Below are positions 47,195 to 57,980 of a stretch of DNA of 64,000 bases, in pieces; positions within the stretch are counted from its first letter, which is position 1; each line of letters starts with the position of its first letter. The DNA is from Candidatus Woesebacteria bacterium. Its GTDB lineage: Bacteria > Patescibacteriota > Microgenomatia > UBA8517. The notes beneath the pieces are model-generated. The model saw nothing but the letters and a program-made list of their open reading frames with translations. It ran no database searches and was not told where the DNA came from. The stretch is from positions 307,270-371,269 of the forward strand of contig JAGVAE010000002.1 of assembly GCA_020060565.1 (NCBI GenBank), in the 5' to 3' direction. The position numbers were made by a program, and so were the translations under genes.

Positions 47195-49524
47195 AGCTCC
47201 GTTTTCTTAAAAACTGGCCGATTTTCGCTATTTTTGTAGTTGTTTTTGTCTTTTTTTGGAAAGTTTTCTTGTTAGGACAAGTTCCCATCCCAGCCGATTT
47301 TATTGTAGGTACTTACTATCCATGGCTGGATTACAAATGGGGTTATTCAGTTGGAGTTCCTGTTAAAAATCCAGTAACTAGTGATGTGGTTTCAATAGTA
47401 TACCCACTTAGAAGTTATGCAGTTGATATTTTAAGACAAGGACGTCTGCCTTTATGGAATCCTTTTATGTTTAATGGGTTTCCACTTCTTGCAGATTTTC
47501 AAGTTGGACTGCTTTCTCCAACTATGTTGTTATATTTTTTTCTCCCTAAGATCTGGGCTTGGACATTTCAAGTAATGGCACAGCCTTTTCTTGCAGCACT
47601 TTTTACATATTTATTACTCAGGAACTTTGGACTTGAAAAGAAGGCATCTTTTTTTGGAGGAATCTTTTATGCATTCGCGTCATTTAACATAGTTTGGATG
47701 GAATGGAATACAAATTCACTCGTTGCAGCATTTATACCCTTAATCATTTTATTATTGGATAAACTCATAAAAACTGGAAAGACATATTGGGGGATCTTGT
47801 TATCTGTGAGTATATGTTTACAAATATTCTCAGGCTATCCACAACTGGTTATTTTTACAGTAGTGGCTCTTTTTGTTTTTATTTTCTTCCATTTGAAAGA
47901 ATTTAATATAAAGAAAATCTTTTATATTTTATTATTTCTTTTTTCGGGACTATTACTTTCAGCAGTAATTACAATTCCAGCATCTGAACTAATATTAAAT
48001 TCTCAAAGAAGGTTCGAGATTTTGGCGCATGATCTCATTTATCTTCCTTGGCAAAATTTAATTACAATATTTGCACCAGATTATTTTGGCAATCCCGCAA
48101 CTGGAAATTATTTTGGTGTTGGTAATTACGCTATTAACACAATTTACTCAGGAGTAATTGTATTTATTTTGGCATTAGTTGGAATTTTTAAATATTGGAA
48201 TCGTCGTGAAATAAAATACTTTGTTTGCTTGATTCTTCTAAGTTTACTGTTTGCTCTTCCAACTCCTTTTGCAAAGTTGCTTTTTGATTTTCATATTCCA
48301 GGTCTTTCAGCATCATCCAATACTAGAATATTAGTTTTGGCGAACTTATCATTTGCCGTACTTGCTGGTTTTGGAATGTTGAGTCTTTTAAAGAAGGAAA
48401 AAATATCAAACCTTAAAATTATTTTTATACCATTAATTACCCTTATTGGAGCTTTTTTCTATACCCACTTCTTTGGAATTGATAAAAGTATCTCACTAAG
48501 AAATCTAATTTTACCAATTGGCTTTTCTGTTATAGCTATAGTATTAATTCTATTAAGGCAACACTTTTACGATAAAAGATTGTTAAGATATTTACTTGTA
48601 ATATTCATTGGGGCGGTTGCCATAATTGAACTTTTTAGATATGGTTTCAAATATACACCATTTTCTCCCCAATACTTAATTTTTCCAGAAACTCCAATAC
48701 TTTCATATTTGAAAAAAGATAACGAACTATTCAGAGTATCGCCAGGAAATACGATACCTATGAACATGTGGGTTCCTTATGGTATTGAATCTACTTCTGG
48801 GTATGATGCTGCTTATCCTATCTGGTGGGCAACTCTATTTGGTGTAATAACCAGTCAAGATGCGGATAATAAAAGCTTCAGTTATTATGCACCTTTTGAA
48901 AAATATGATAGTCCATGGTTTGATGTACTTAACAATAAATATTTACTCGTTTATAATCCACGGTCAGTTTCAAATGAGTCTTCAGAGAAGCTGTTGCTCA
49001 ATCAAATAAACAACATCAAAAAGTTTGAAAAAGTTTTTCAGGATAAATCAGTTGCTATATTTAAAAACAACAAAGTCTTTCCCAGGGCATTTTTCGTTTC
49101 CGACTGGGAAGTTTTATCAGATAAAGAGACGCTTTCAATTCTTATCGATAAAAATTTTTCTTTTAGAGAAAAAATAACAATTAATAAAGATACAAACCTT
49201 ACAAAAAGTGAAAATGTGGTAAGTAAAGTTTCCTATAAATCCTATTCACCTGAAAAAATTTTAATAAATGTTGAAACCAATAAAGAAGGTTTTCTGTTTG
49301 TTTCTGATTCTTGGTATCCTGGTTGGAAAGCGTATGTTGATGGGAAGGGTGTGGAGATATTTCGAGCCAATTATGCCTTTAAAGCTGTCCCTGTATTAAA
49401 AGGTAATCATAAGGTAGAATTCATTTATGATCCAATGTCTTTGAAAGTCGGAAAGATATTGTCTTTGACAACACTTGTATTTTTAGTAGGAGTTTTAATA
49501 TATGAAAAACGAAAACAAATTTAA
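47191..49524 (+). CDS. YfhO-family membrane glycosyltransferase-like protein
   Basis: D...YP, G.LPLWNP....G.P.LA, PRAFF, WYPGWKA.VDG, GNH.VEF.Y.P. Confidence 0.8.
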   Translation: MKLRFLKNWPIFAIFVVVFVFFWKVFLLGQVPIPADFIVGTYYPWLDYKWGYSVGVPVKNPVTSDVVSIVYPLRSYAVDILRQGRLPLWNPFMFNGFPLLADFQVGLLSPTMLLYFFLPKIWAWTFQVMAQPFLAALFTYLLLRNFGLEKKASFFGGIFYAFASFNIVWMEWNTNSLVAAFIPLIILLLDKLIKTGKTYWGILLSVSICLQIFSGYPQLVIFTVVALFVFIFFHLKEFNIKKIFYILLFLFSGLLLSAVITIPASELILNSQRRFEILAHDLIYLPWQNLITIFAPDYFGNPATGNYFGVGNYAINTIYSGVIVFILALVGIFKYWNRREIKYFVCLILLSLLFALPTPFAKLLFDFHIPGLSASSNTRILVLANLSFAVLAGFGMLSLLKKEKISNLKIIFIPLITLIGAFFYTHFFGIDKSISLRNLILPIGFSVIAIVLILLRQHFYDKRLLRYLLVIFIGAVAIIELFRYGFKYTPFSPQYLIFPETPILSYLKKDNELFRVSPGNTIPMNMWVPYGIESTSGYDAAYPIWWATLFGVITSQDADNKSFSYYAPFEKYDSPWFDVLNNKYLLVYNPRSVSNESSEKLLLNQINNIKKFEKVFQDKSVAIFKNNKVFPRAFFVSDWEVLSDKETLSILIDKNFSFREKITINKDTNLTKSENVVSKVSYKSYSPEKILINVETNKEGFLFVSDSWYPGWKAYVDGKGVEIFRANYAFKAVPVLKGNHKVEFIYDPMSLKVGKILSLTTLVFLVGVLIYEKRKQI

Positions 49525-50407
49525 AGTTTCGGTAGTAATGCCAAATCTCAATGGAGAAAAACTTTTGGAAAAGAACCTTCCAAATCTTATTGCGGCTAAA
49601 AATTATACCCCCAACGGAATAATGGAAATTATTATAGTTGATGATGGGTCTTGGGATGGTAGTGTTTCTTTTTTAAAGAAAAACTATCCAGATATCAGAC
49701 TTTTTAAGCACAAAATAAATAGAGGTTTTTCAGCAGCGGTTAATACTGGGGCGAGGGCGGCTAAGGGAGATTTGATACTCCTTATTAATACCGATGTTCT
49801 TCCAAATCGAGATTTTCTTGTAAATGTGTTGCCCAGTTTTAAAGATAAAACTGTATTTGCTGTTTCAACCCACGAAAAAGGATTTGGATCTGCAAAAGGA
49901 ACATTTGTGGATGGTTATATTCAACTTGCAATGGGGGAAGAGGGAAATAAAAAGCACCCCAGTTTTTATGTCAGCGGAGGAAGCGGGGTTTTTAGAAGAA
50001 GTATATGGGTCGAACTTGGTGGAATGGATGAAAAACTTCTTTCACCTTTTTATTGGGAAGATATAGATCTTTGCTATAGGGCAGCAAAACGTGGATATAA
50101 ACTACTTTGGGAACCAGACGCAATTGTTGAACACCACCATGAGTCCACCATTAGTAAATTTCCCAAAGATTATGTAGCAAGAATTAGGGAAAGAAATCAG
50201 CTTTTAATGCTTTGGAAGAATGTGACTAGTCCAAACCTAACCAGAAAACACATAATTGGTCTTTTGGCACGGCTTATTAAACATCCTGGGTATATTAGAA
50301 TAATAATGATGGCTCTTGGTAGATTTGGGACAGTGATGCAAAAAAGAAAGAAGGAGATAAAAGAAAGCAAGGTTTCTGATGAAGTAATATTTTCTAGATA
50401 TGCATAA
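49502..50407 (+). CDS. GT2 glycosyltransferase (rhamnosyltransferase-like)
   Basis: VDDGS.D, NRGFS..VN.G, INTD, FYWEDID. Confidence 0.88.
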   Translation: MKNENKFKVSVVMPNLNGEKLLEKNLPNLIAAKNYTPNGIMEIIIVDDGSWDGSVSFLKKNYPDIRLFKHKINRGFSAAVNTGARAAKGDLILLINTDVLPNRDFLVNVLPSFKDKTVFAVSTHEKGFGSAKGTFVDGYIQLAMGEEGNKKHPSFYVSGGSGVFRRSIWVELGGMDEKLLSPFYWEDIDLCYRAAKRGYKLLWEPDAIVEHHHESTISKFPKDYVARIRERNQLLMLWKNVTSPNLTRKHIIGLLARLIKHPGYIRIIMMALGRFGTVMQKRKKEIKESKVSDEVIFSRYA

Positions 50408-51236
50408 GAAAGACATTGTCCTTTCGATTGTTGTAGTTAATCTAAACACAAAAGATCTAACAATTGGTTGCATCCGTTCTGTTAAAAAAGAAGCTAAGGA
50501 TTTATCGTTTGAACTACTCTTAACCGATAATGGAAGTAATGATGGTTCTGTTGAAGCTTTTAGGGAGATTAAAAAAGAAGATTATTGGAAAGATAAATTT
50601 ACACTGATTCTTAATGATAGTAACACTGGATATGCTAAGGCAAATAATCAGGGGATAAGAAAAGCTAAAGGAAAATATATACTTCTACTAAATAATGATA
50701 CGGTAGTTCATCAAAACGCTTTACAGTGTTTGGTTAGCTTTGCCGATAAAAGTTCAGATGTTGGTGTAGTTGGTTCTCGGCTTCTTAATATTGATGGAAC
50801 ACTTCAGATGTCTTGTTATCATTTTCCAACAATAACAAATGCCATAAAGGAATATTGGCTGGGTCAGAAGGGGTTATTTGAAAAGTTTGCACCAAAAGGA
50901 AAAAATCCTATAACAGTGGACTCGGTAGTTGGGGCAGCATTCTTAATTACACCGGAAGCGAAAAAACGTGTTGGAATATTAGATGAACGCTACTTCGCTT
51001 ATTTTGAAGATATTGACTATTGTAGACAAACCTGGAAAAAAGGACTTAAGGTTTACTATCTACCTGACTCGGTTATTACACACTATCATGGAGCAACATT
51101 TAAAAAATTAGCAAATGAAAAAGAGAGGTGGAAAAAATTAATTCCTTCAAGCAAGGTTTATCATGGAACTCTTAAGCACTATATTATCAATACAGTACTT
51201 TGGTTGGGTCAAAAATGGCAAAAAATAATTTCATAA
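50400..51236 (+). CDS. GT2 glycosyltransferase (WbbL-like)
   Basis: DNGS.DGS, N.GYAKANN, LLNND, VVGA, YFEDID. Confidence 0.88.
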   Translation: MHKKDIVLSIVVVNLNTKDLTIGCIRSVKKEAKDLSFELLLTDNGSNDGSVEAFREIKKEDYWKDKFTLILNDSNTGYAKANNQGIRKAKGKYILLLNNDTVVHQNALQCLVSFADKSSDVGVVGSRLLNIDGTLQMSCYHFPTITNAIKEYWLGQKGLFEKFAPKGKNPITVDSVVGAAFLITPEAKKRVGILDERYFAYFEDIDYCRQTWKKGLKVYYLPDSVITHYHGATFKKLANEKERWKKLIPSSKVYHGTLKHYIINTVLWLGQKWQKIIS

Positions 51237-52921
51237 TTTTTTTTAAAAAATTGCTTAAAGTTAAGATATTATTAATAACAATTGTCTTATTGGCATCTTT
51301 CTTACGGCTTTATAAAATTTCGATAAATCCTCCATCGCTTTTTGGTGATGAATTGGATTTGGGTTACCAAGCTTATTCAATACTTAAAACAGGACGCGAC
51401 TATCAAGGTAATTTTATGCCAATTCATTTCCACTCTTTGGCTGAATGGAGAACCCCGCTTTATTTATACTCCGCAGTTCCTACGGTTGCTGTGTTTGGTA
51501 TAACTCCACTTGGAGTACGGCTTCCCGCAGCTATATTTGGTATTTTGAGTGTGGTAGCAATGTATTTATTTGTTACCGAATTGACAAAAAACAAACGTTT
51601 AGGAGTTCTTTCGGCTTTTTTAATGGCAGTGTCTCCCTGGGCATTGCAATATTCAAGAGCAGGTTTTGAAGTAACGGAAATGTTATTTTTCCTAATTCTT
51701 GGCCTCTATTTCTTCTTAAAATCTCTTTTTCAATCAAGATACTTATGGCTTTCTGTTATTTGTTTGGTTATAACTCCTTTGATTTACTCTACTGCCAAAC
51801 TGTTTATTCCACTTCTTTTGGTTTTTCTATTTATTCTATATAGAAAAGAAGTCGTAAAATTTAAAAGAAAAGATTTAATTGTTGCACTTGTTTCTGGGTT
51901 GATTATTGGTATACCAGTTATTTATAGCACCCTTTTTGGTGGCGGAACTCAAAGAATTGGCGATATTAGTGTTTTCTCTGATCCAAATATGGAACAGGTA
52001 GTTGGAAACGGAAGGAACATTAGCAACAATAGATTCATTTATAATAAATATACTTACTGGGGAGGAAAAATTGTTGATAATTATCTTCAATCATTTTCTC
52101 CAGAATTTCTTTTTTTAAAGGGAGATATTAATCTTCGTCAATCTACAGGGATTGGTGGATTGTATTTGATTGAAATAATTGCTCTCATGTCTGGTTTAGG
52201 TTTTTTCTTCTTTGGAAGGGAGATTAGCATTAAAGTAAAATATCTAATGGGTTTTTGGATTCTTTTGGGAAGTGTTCCCTCAGCCTTAACAATTGGTGGA
52301 GGAGCTCATGCAACTCGTCTAATTTTAATTTTACCCGCATTAATATTTTTTATTTCTTTTGGTTGGGTAGCAATTTATAAAATAGTTGCACAAAAATATA
52401 AAACATCTTTTGTTGTTGCTATTTCCGTTTTGTATGCATTATGCATGCTCTTCTATTTTCATAGATATTATGCAATTTACCCAACAATTAGTGTCAATTG
52501 GTGGCATTATGGATGGAAAGGCGCAATATCTGAGATAAAATCGATTGATTCAAATTATGACCGTGTAATCATTTCAATGAAGGGGGAGCCAGCTTGGATA
52601 TTTTTTGCTGGTTACTATCAATATGATCCACATCTTTGGCAGACAGAATTTCCAATTGGAAAGGATGTTGAAGTCTCTGGATTTGGAAAGATCTCCCATA
52701 TAGGAAAATATTATTTTGGCTCTCCCAATGAGGAAGTCAAAATATACGGGTTGGGCAAGTATATAGATGCAAAAACCTTGTATTTAGCTAATGCCAACGA
52801 AGACGGAGAAAACCTGGTTAAATATCCAGATAAAACACCAGATGGGTTGAAGCTTATAAAAAGTATTACTTATCCTTCAGGTGAACCCGCATTTTATCTT
52901 TTTGAAGGAACTGCAAAATGA
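51215..52921 (+). CDS. GT-C (ArnT/PMT-like) membrane glycosyltransferase, tandem paralog 1
   Basis: DE..LGYQAYSILKTG.D..G, RLP, SPW...SR..FE. Confidence 0.82.
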   Translation: MAKNNFIIFFKKLLKVKILLITIVLLASFLRLYKISINPPSLFGDELDLGYQAYSILKTGRDYQGNFMPIHFHSLAEWRTPLYLYSAVPTVAVFGITPLGVRLPAAIFGILSVVAMYLFVTELTKNKRLGVLSAFLMAVSPWALQYSRAGFEVTEMLFFLILGLYFFLKSLFQSRYLWLSVICLVITPLIYSTAKLFIPLLLVFLFILYRKEVVKFKRKDLIVALVSGLIIGIPVIYSTLFGGGTQRIGDISVFSDPNMEQVVGNGRNISNNRFIYNKYTYWGGKIVDNYLQSFSPEFLFLKGDINLRQSTGIGGLYLIEIIALMSGLGFFFFGREISIKVKYLMGFWILLGSVPSALTIGGGAHATRLILILPALIFFISFGWVAIYKIVAQKYKTSFVVAISVLYALCMLFYFHRYYAIYPTISVNWWHYGWKGAISEIKSIDSNYDRVIISMKGEPAWIFFAGYYQYDPHLWQTEFPIGKDVEVSGFGKISHIGKYYFGSPNEEVKIYGLGKYIDAKTLYLANANEDGENLVKYPDKTPDGLKLIKSITYPSGEPAFYLFEGTAK

Positions 52922-52957
52922 CAAGCTTTGCTAAGTAATGTCTCTTAGCCTTCTTGA

Positions 52958-52966
52958 TGGTACAAT
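52958..52966 (+). promoter_or_regulatory. Extended -10 (TGGTACAAT) 8 nt before ATG
   Basis: tggtacaat-tattgtag-ATG(52975); preceded by the hairpin gctaag-N8-cttagc (52930-52949). Confidence 0.55.
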
Positions 52967-52974
52967 TATTGTAG

Positions 52975-54669
52975 ATGAAAAGGATCGCAATTTGGGTTAT
53001 TCTGATTTTTGCATTTTTGCTTCGTTTTATATTAATAGATAAATATCCAATGGGATTTAATGCCGATGAAGCCTCTTTTGGTTATGATGCCTATTCAATC
53101 TTAAAAACTGGCAAGGACCAGTGGGGGAACACATTTCCTTTAGTCCTTAAGTCGTTTGGGGATTATAAATCACCAATCTTTAGCTATCTGACGATTCCAT
53201 CGATCGCCGTCTTTGGTCTTAGTGTCTTTGCAACCCGCCTTCCCAATGTAATAATTGGCACTCTAGCTGTTTTTGCAGTTTATTTATTAGTTCTTGAAAT
53301 TGGTAAATTGAAAATTAGTCATTCATTGAAAATTGGCAATTGGAAATTGGCAATTGCGGCAAGTTTTTTGCTTGCCGTCAATCCTTGGAGTGTAATGATG
53401 AGTAGAGGTGCATTTGAAGCGAACTTGATTACTCTTTTTTTACCTCTTGGAATTTATTTCTTTTTAAGAGCACAGGAAAACAGTAAGTATTATGTTTGGT
53501 CCTCTGTTTTTTTTGGAATTAATCTTTTTACGTATCATTCAGCAAAATTTATTACCCCAATAGTACTTGTTGGGCTAATACTTATTTTTAGAAAGTCTAT
53601 TGCAAATATCAAATTCAATAAAATTTTACCGTCACTGGTAATGTTTTTAGTATTCTTTGGTGCTCTTGTTTACTCTTTGACAATTGGGGGCGCAACTAGA
53701 ATGGTAGAAAGAAGTATTACTCAAGGCGCACTTATCCAGGGTTTTGATGAGAGAATGGAAGCACTTTCTCACGGGTCAAACCCAATAGTTGCCAAAATAC
53801 TTCACAATAAATATCAAGTAATGGTAAGTAGGTTTATTTTTAATTATTTTCAATATTATTCGCCTAAATTTTTAATTAATGATGGGGCTGGGGACGGAAG
53901 CTATGGAATGATACCTGGTGTTGGAGTTGTTAACATGGTTGAAATTGTTTTGTTCTTTGGAATTATTCCACTATTGTTTATTGAGAAAAAGTATAAAAAC
54001 GTACTTTTGGTGGTTTTAGCTTGGTTGGCTATAACTCCAGTTCCTGCTGCATTGGCAACAGGTATAGGTTACTCGGGCAATAGAGCAGAAGGGATGATTC
54101 CTGTTTTACAAATCATTGGAGCCTTTGGATTTGTTGGATGGGCACTTCTTTTAAAAAGATTTAAAAGGATCTATTTTAAAATTGTATTGGTTTGTTTAGG
54201 TATACTATTAATTTTTGGAGTATATGGATTTGTCAGATCATACTTTAAGATTCCTTCAAATCTAGTATTAAGTCAGCAAATATATGGGAGTTTAGAGGTT
54301 GCTGCTTGGTTGTCAGAAAACAGCAAAGGACGTGAAGTATTGGTTAGTAGAAGCTTAACTGAAACTCAAATCTTTGTAGCATTTGCAAATGCTTGGGATC
54401 CAATTAATTTTCAGAAAAATACAAAAACCTGGGGGTTTGATGAGTCAAACTTATCTTGGGTAGATCAATTACCAAATTATTCAGTTGGAAATTATACATT
54501 TAAATCCATCGATCCAATAAAAGATTTTATGGGGGATAGATTAATTGTTTTGAGGGCTCATGAGTTCGTAGGAGAACAAATTCCGACAAAAGTATTTTAT
54601 TATCCAGATGGAACACCAAATATTTATGTTTTAGATATGAACCAAAAAGCTTATGCAAACAACATATAA
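52975..54669 (+). CDS. GT-C membrane glycosyltransferase, tandem paralog 2
   Basis: DEASFGYDAYSILKTGKDQWG...KSFGDYK. Confidence 0.82.
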   Translation: MKRIAIWVILIFAFLLRFILIDKYPMGFNADEASFGYDAYSILKTGKDQWGNTFPLVLKSFGDYKSPIFSYLTIPSIAVFGLSVFATRLPNVIIGTLAVFAVYLLVLEIGKLKISHSLKIGNWKLAIAASFLLAVNPWSVMMSRGAFEANLITLFLPLGIYFFLRAQENSKYYVWSSVFFGINLFTYHSAKFITPIVLVGLILIFRKSIANIKFNKILPSLVMFLVFFGALVYSLTIGGATRMVERSITQGALIQGFDERMEALSHGSNPIVAKILHNKYQVMVSRFIFNYFQYYSPKFLINDGAGDGSYGMIPGVGVVNMVEIVLFFGIIPLLFIEKKYKNVLLVVLAWLAITPVPAALATGIGYSGNRAEGMIPVLQIIGAFGFVGWALLLKRFKRIYFKIVLVCLGILLIFGVYGFVRSYFKIPSNLVLSQQIYGSLEVAAWLSENSKGREVLVSRSLTETQIFVAFANAWDPINFQKNTKTWGFDESNLSWVDQLPNYSVGNYTFKSIDPIKDFMGDRLIVLRAHEFVGEQIPTKVFYYPDGTPNIYVLDMNQKAYANNI

Positions 54670-56368
54670 ATCAAAATGGAAAGAAATTGGGACCTTAATT
54701 GTAATTGTTGTTTTGGGGTTTTTTTTAAGATGTTATTCTCTTACTTCTTTTCCACCTTCACTAAATTGGGATGAGGTATCACATGGTTACAATTCATATT
54801 CTATTTTGAAGACGGGAAAAGATGAATGGGGAGAAAACTTACCTTCGATCTTCAGGGCGTATGGAGATTATAAACTTCCTGTCTATATATACATAACTAC
54901 AATATCAATAAAAGCATTTGGTTTAACTGATTTTGCAGTGAGATTTCCCTCTGTGTTGGCAGGAGTGGGAACTATAATCGCAACATACTATTTGACGTAT
55001 GAGTTGTTTAGGAAAAGGAAACTCGGTTATTTATCAGCTTTCTTAGTTGCTGTTGAACCCTGGAGTCTTTTTACTTCCCGAGGGGCATTTGAAGCTAATT
55101 TAGCCTTGTTTTTTGTTGTTCTTGGTGTTTATTTCTTTGTAAAGATTATTAAGAATTCTAAATATCTAATATTTTCATCATTCTTTTTAGGTCTTTCTGT
55201 ATGGACTTACAATTCGGCACGCGGATTTGTTCCAATCCTATTGATAGTTATGGCAATGCTGTATAAAAAAGGTCTAAAAGACATTTTTTCAAGAAACATA
55301 AAAACCATTATATTTAGCGCCTTAGTTTTGATGGTTTTTTTAATTCCCATGTTTGTCCAACTTATGCAGCCATCTGGTCAGGCGCGGTATGGCAAAGTTT
55401 CACTTATAGATAATGGAGCAATTACTCAAATAAATGAGTCAAGAAGGATTTCAAAACTGTCACCTTTTCTTAACCGAGCAGTTAATAATAAAGTTACATA
55501 TTTTGCTAAACATTTTACGGTTAATTGGGTCTCACACTTTTCTTTCGATTTCCTGTTTTTTAATGGTGGGAGCAATTATCAGTTTAACATTCCAAAGCAC
55601 GGCATAATCTACATTATCAATGTGATACCGATGATTGTAGGTTTTGTTTGGCTGATTATTAAGAGGTCAAAGAGTGCAATTCTACTTATTGCTTGGTTGT
55701 TAATATCGCCAATTCCGTCATCCATAACAAATGAAGCACCTCATGTCTTAAGGGTAATAACCATGCTTCCCGTGCCAATGATTATTACGGCAATTGGTAT
55801 TTACAAAATGGCAGAGTGGTTGAAAAACAAAATTCATGTTTCAAGAAGTATAACTATAACTTTATACATAATAGTTATTTTTGTTTTTTTGGAAAACTAC
55901 ATGATAAATTACTTTACTAATTATAGGAGAGATTATTCATGGAGTTGGCAATATGGTTACAAAGAAGTTGTTGGTTATGTAAGAGACAATTACAATAACT
56001 ACGATAAAATTATTGTAACAAAAAAGTATGGTGAACCCCATGAATACTTTTTGTATTATCTAAAGTATGATCCCATCAAATACCATAACGATTCGGAAAA
56101 GATAACCTTTTATCAAAGTGGTTGGTGGTGGGTAGATAGATTTGATAAATTTTATTTTGTAAACGATTGGCAGATTAAACTTAACCCTGATTATATGAGT
56201 AGTATTCAGCAGTCTTTTATAACAGAATCAAAAAATATGGTCGATTGTTCTAATGTAAAATGTTTACTTGTAACTTCGCCTGACAATTTTCCACCAGGAT
56301 GGAAAAAAGTAAAAACAACCAAATTTTTAGATGGAAGTGTGGCATTTGAAATGTATGAAAATAATTAA
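54653..56368 (+). CDS. GT-C membrane glycosyltransferase, tandem paralog 3
   Basis: DEVSHGYNSYSILKTGKDEWG...YGDYK. Confidence 0.82.
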   Translation: MQTTYKSKWKEIGTLIVIVVLGFFLRCYSLTSFPPSLNWDEVSHGYNSYSILKTGKDEWGENLPSIFRAYGDYKLPVYIYITTISIKAFGLTDFAVRFPSVLAGVGTIIATYYLTYELFRKRKLGYLSAFLVAVEPWSLFTSRGAFEANLALFFVVLGVYFFVKIIKNSKYLIFSSFFLGLSVWTYNSARGFVPILLIVMAMLYKKGLKDIFSRNIKTIIFSALVLMVFLIPMFVQLMQPSGQARYGKVSLIDNGAITQINESRRISKLSPFLNRAVNNKVTYFAKHFTVNWVSHFSFDFLFFNGGSNYQFNIPKHGIIYIINVIPMIVGFVWLIIKRSKSAILLIAWLLISPIPSSITNEAPHVLRVITMLPVPMIITAIGIYKMAEWLKNKIHVSRSITITLYIIVIFVFLENYMINYFTNYRRDYSWSWQYGYKEVVGYVRDNYNNYDKIIVTKKYGEPHEYFLYYLKYDPIKYHNDSEKITFYQSGWWWVDRFDKFYFVNDWQIKLNPDYMSSIQQSFITESKNMVDCSNVKCLLVTSPDNFPPGWKKVKTTKFLDGSVAFEMYENN

Positions 56369-57980
56369 AAAACTGTTCACTGTTCACGGTCTACTGTTCA
56401 CTGCAATTGCTCTTGCAGCAATACTTAGACTGTGGAATTTGGGGAGTAATCCTCCAAGCCTTACTCCTGATGAAGCAGCGCTTGGATATAATGCATATTC
56501 GATTCTTAAAACTGGTAAAGATGAACACGGAACAGTGTTGCCTATCATTTTTAAATCGTTTGGAGACTTTAAACCTGGGCTTTATGTTTACTTAACAATT
56601 CCATCAATTGCTATATTTGGTTTAAATGAGTTTGCCACAAGACTTCCATCCGCTTTAGCTGGAGTTATTTCTGTGTTTTTGGTTTATTTAATAATTAGGA
56701 AATTGGAAATTGGAAATTGGAAATTGGGAATTATCGCGGCATTTGTCGCTGCTATTAATCCCTTTCTCATTTATTTTTCCAGGGGCGCTTGGGAAGCAAA
56801 TGTCTCCCTTACATTAACTCTATTTGGAATTTATTTTTTCTTAAAAGCCGTTAAAGACAGCAGGTACTTACTACTTAGTACTTTGTACTTTGCACTGACG
56901 CTAGTCACTTATCAGGGAGCCAAGTTATCAACAGCAATTGTTCTATTCCTTCTGATTGCTATATATTGGAAAGATTTTTGGAATATAAAATTGAAATATT
57001 TACTTATTTCGTTAGGGTTGGGAATTGTCATTTCGATTCCAATAATATTAAGTCTGTTCAATGGGCAAACACAAAGACTTACTATATATAGTATTTTTTC
57101 TTTTGTTCGTCCTGAGACGGAAATACAAACTTACTCAGATGGATATTTTTGGTTATTTCACTCAAATGCTCTCAATCATGCCAGAATGGTTGCGAGTCGT
57201 TGGTTTAATTTCTATTCAGGACAATTTCTTGTGTTTGAAGGGGATGTTGCTAATCCTCGCTATGGTGTCCCGTACCAAGGGGTTTTACTTATGGCAGATT
57301 TATTTATGTTACTGTTGGGGCTTTTTACGCTTTTTAAAAACAAAATGTCCAAGCCAAGCTTGTTTATATTCTTATGGTTAATTCTGGCACCCTTTTCGGC
57401 CGCTCTTTCTAGAGATCAGACAAATGCAGTAAGATCTTTAAATGCCGCAATACCTTTGATTGTTATTATTTCATTTGGTTTTAACCAAGTGGTAAGTTGG
57501 ATATCCATTCAGAGAATTAAGTTTCCTTACTACATACTACTTTCTACATTCTACTTCTTTAGTTTTGTTTACTTCCTTGATGCTATTTTTGTTCATTTAC
57601 CTGCTCATAACTCTAGTTACTGGAAATATGGTTATAAAGAAGCTGTAAGCTATATCACCGAAGTTGAATCAAAATATACACATATAATCTTTGAACAATC
57701 ATTTGACCAACCGTATATTTACTTCCTTTTTCATCAAAAGTACAGTCCAACTAAGTTTCAAGACCAGGCAAATCTAGTAAGTAGCCAATACAAAGGAGAC
57801 GTAGGATTTCAAACTCGATTGGACAATATTAGATTTGAACAGATAGATTGGAGTGCATTAAAGAATGACCATAATGTTTTGGTTGTGAGTTCAACGAATC
57901 CTGAAAAGTACCCTGTTATTAAAGAGATAAATTATTTAAATGGTCGCGATGTTGCCTTTAATATTATCGAAATAAAGTAA
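56355..57980 (+). CDS. GT-C membrane glycosyltransferase, tandem paralog 4
   Basis: DEAALGYNAYSILKTGKDEHG...KSFGDFK; ATG 56355. Confidence 0.82.
   Translation: MKIIKKLFTVHGLLFTAIALAAILRLWNLGSNPPSLTPDEAALGYNAYSILKTGKDEHGTVLPIIFKSFGDFKPGLYVYLTIPSIAIFGLNEFATRLPSALAGVISVFLVYLIIRKLEIGNWKLGIIAAFVAAINPFLIYFSRGAWEANVSLTLTLFGIYFFLKAVKDSRYLLLSTLYFALTLVTYQGAKLSTAIVLFLLIAIYWKDFWNIKLKYLLISLGLGIVISIPIILSLFNGQTQRLTIYSIFSFVRPETEIQTYSDGYFWLFHSNALNHARMVASRWFNFYSGQFLVFEGDVANPRYGVPYQGVLLMADLFMLLLGLFTLFKNKMSKPSLFIFLWLILAPFSAALSRDQTNAVRSLNAAIPLIVIISFGFNQVVSWISIQRIKFPYYILLSTFYFFSFVYFLDAIFVHLPAHNSSYWKYGYKEAVSYITEVESKYTHIIFEQSFDQPYIYFLFHQKYSPTKFQDQANLVSSQYKGDVGFQTRLDNIRFEQIDWSALKNDHNVLVVSSTNPEKYPVIKEINYLNGRDVAFNIIEIK
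56698..56732 (+). repeat. Heptamer tandem repeat (GGAAATT)x4 + GGGAATT in CDS
   Basis: Read directly; encodes KLEIGNWKLGI. Confidence 0.85.
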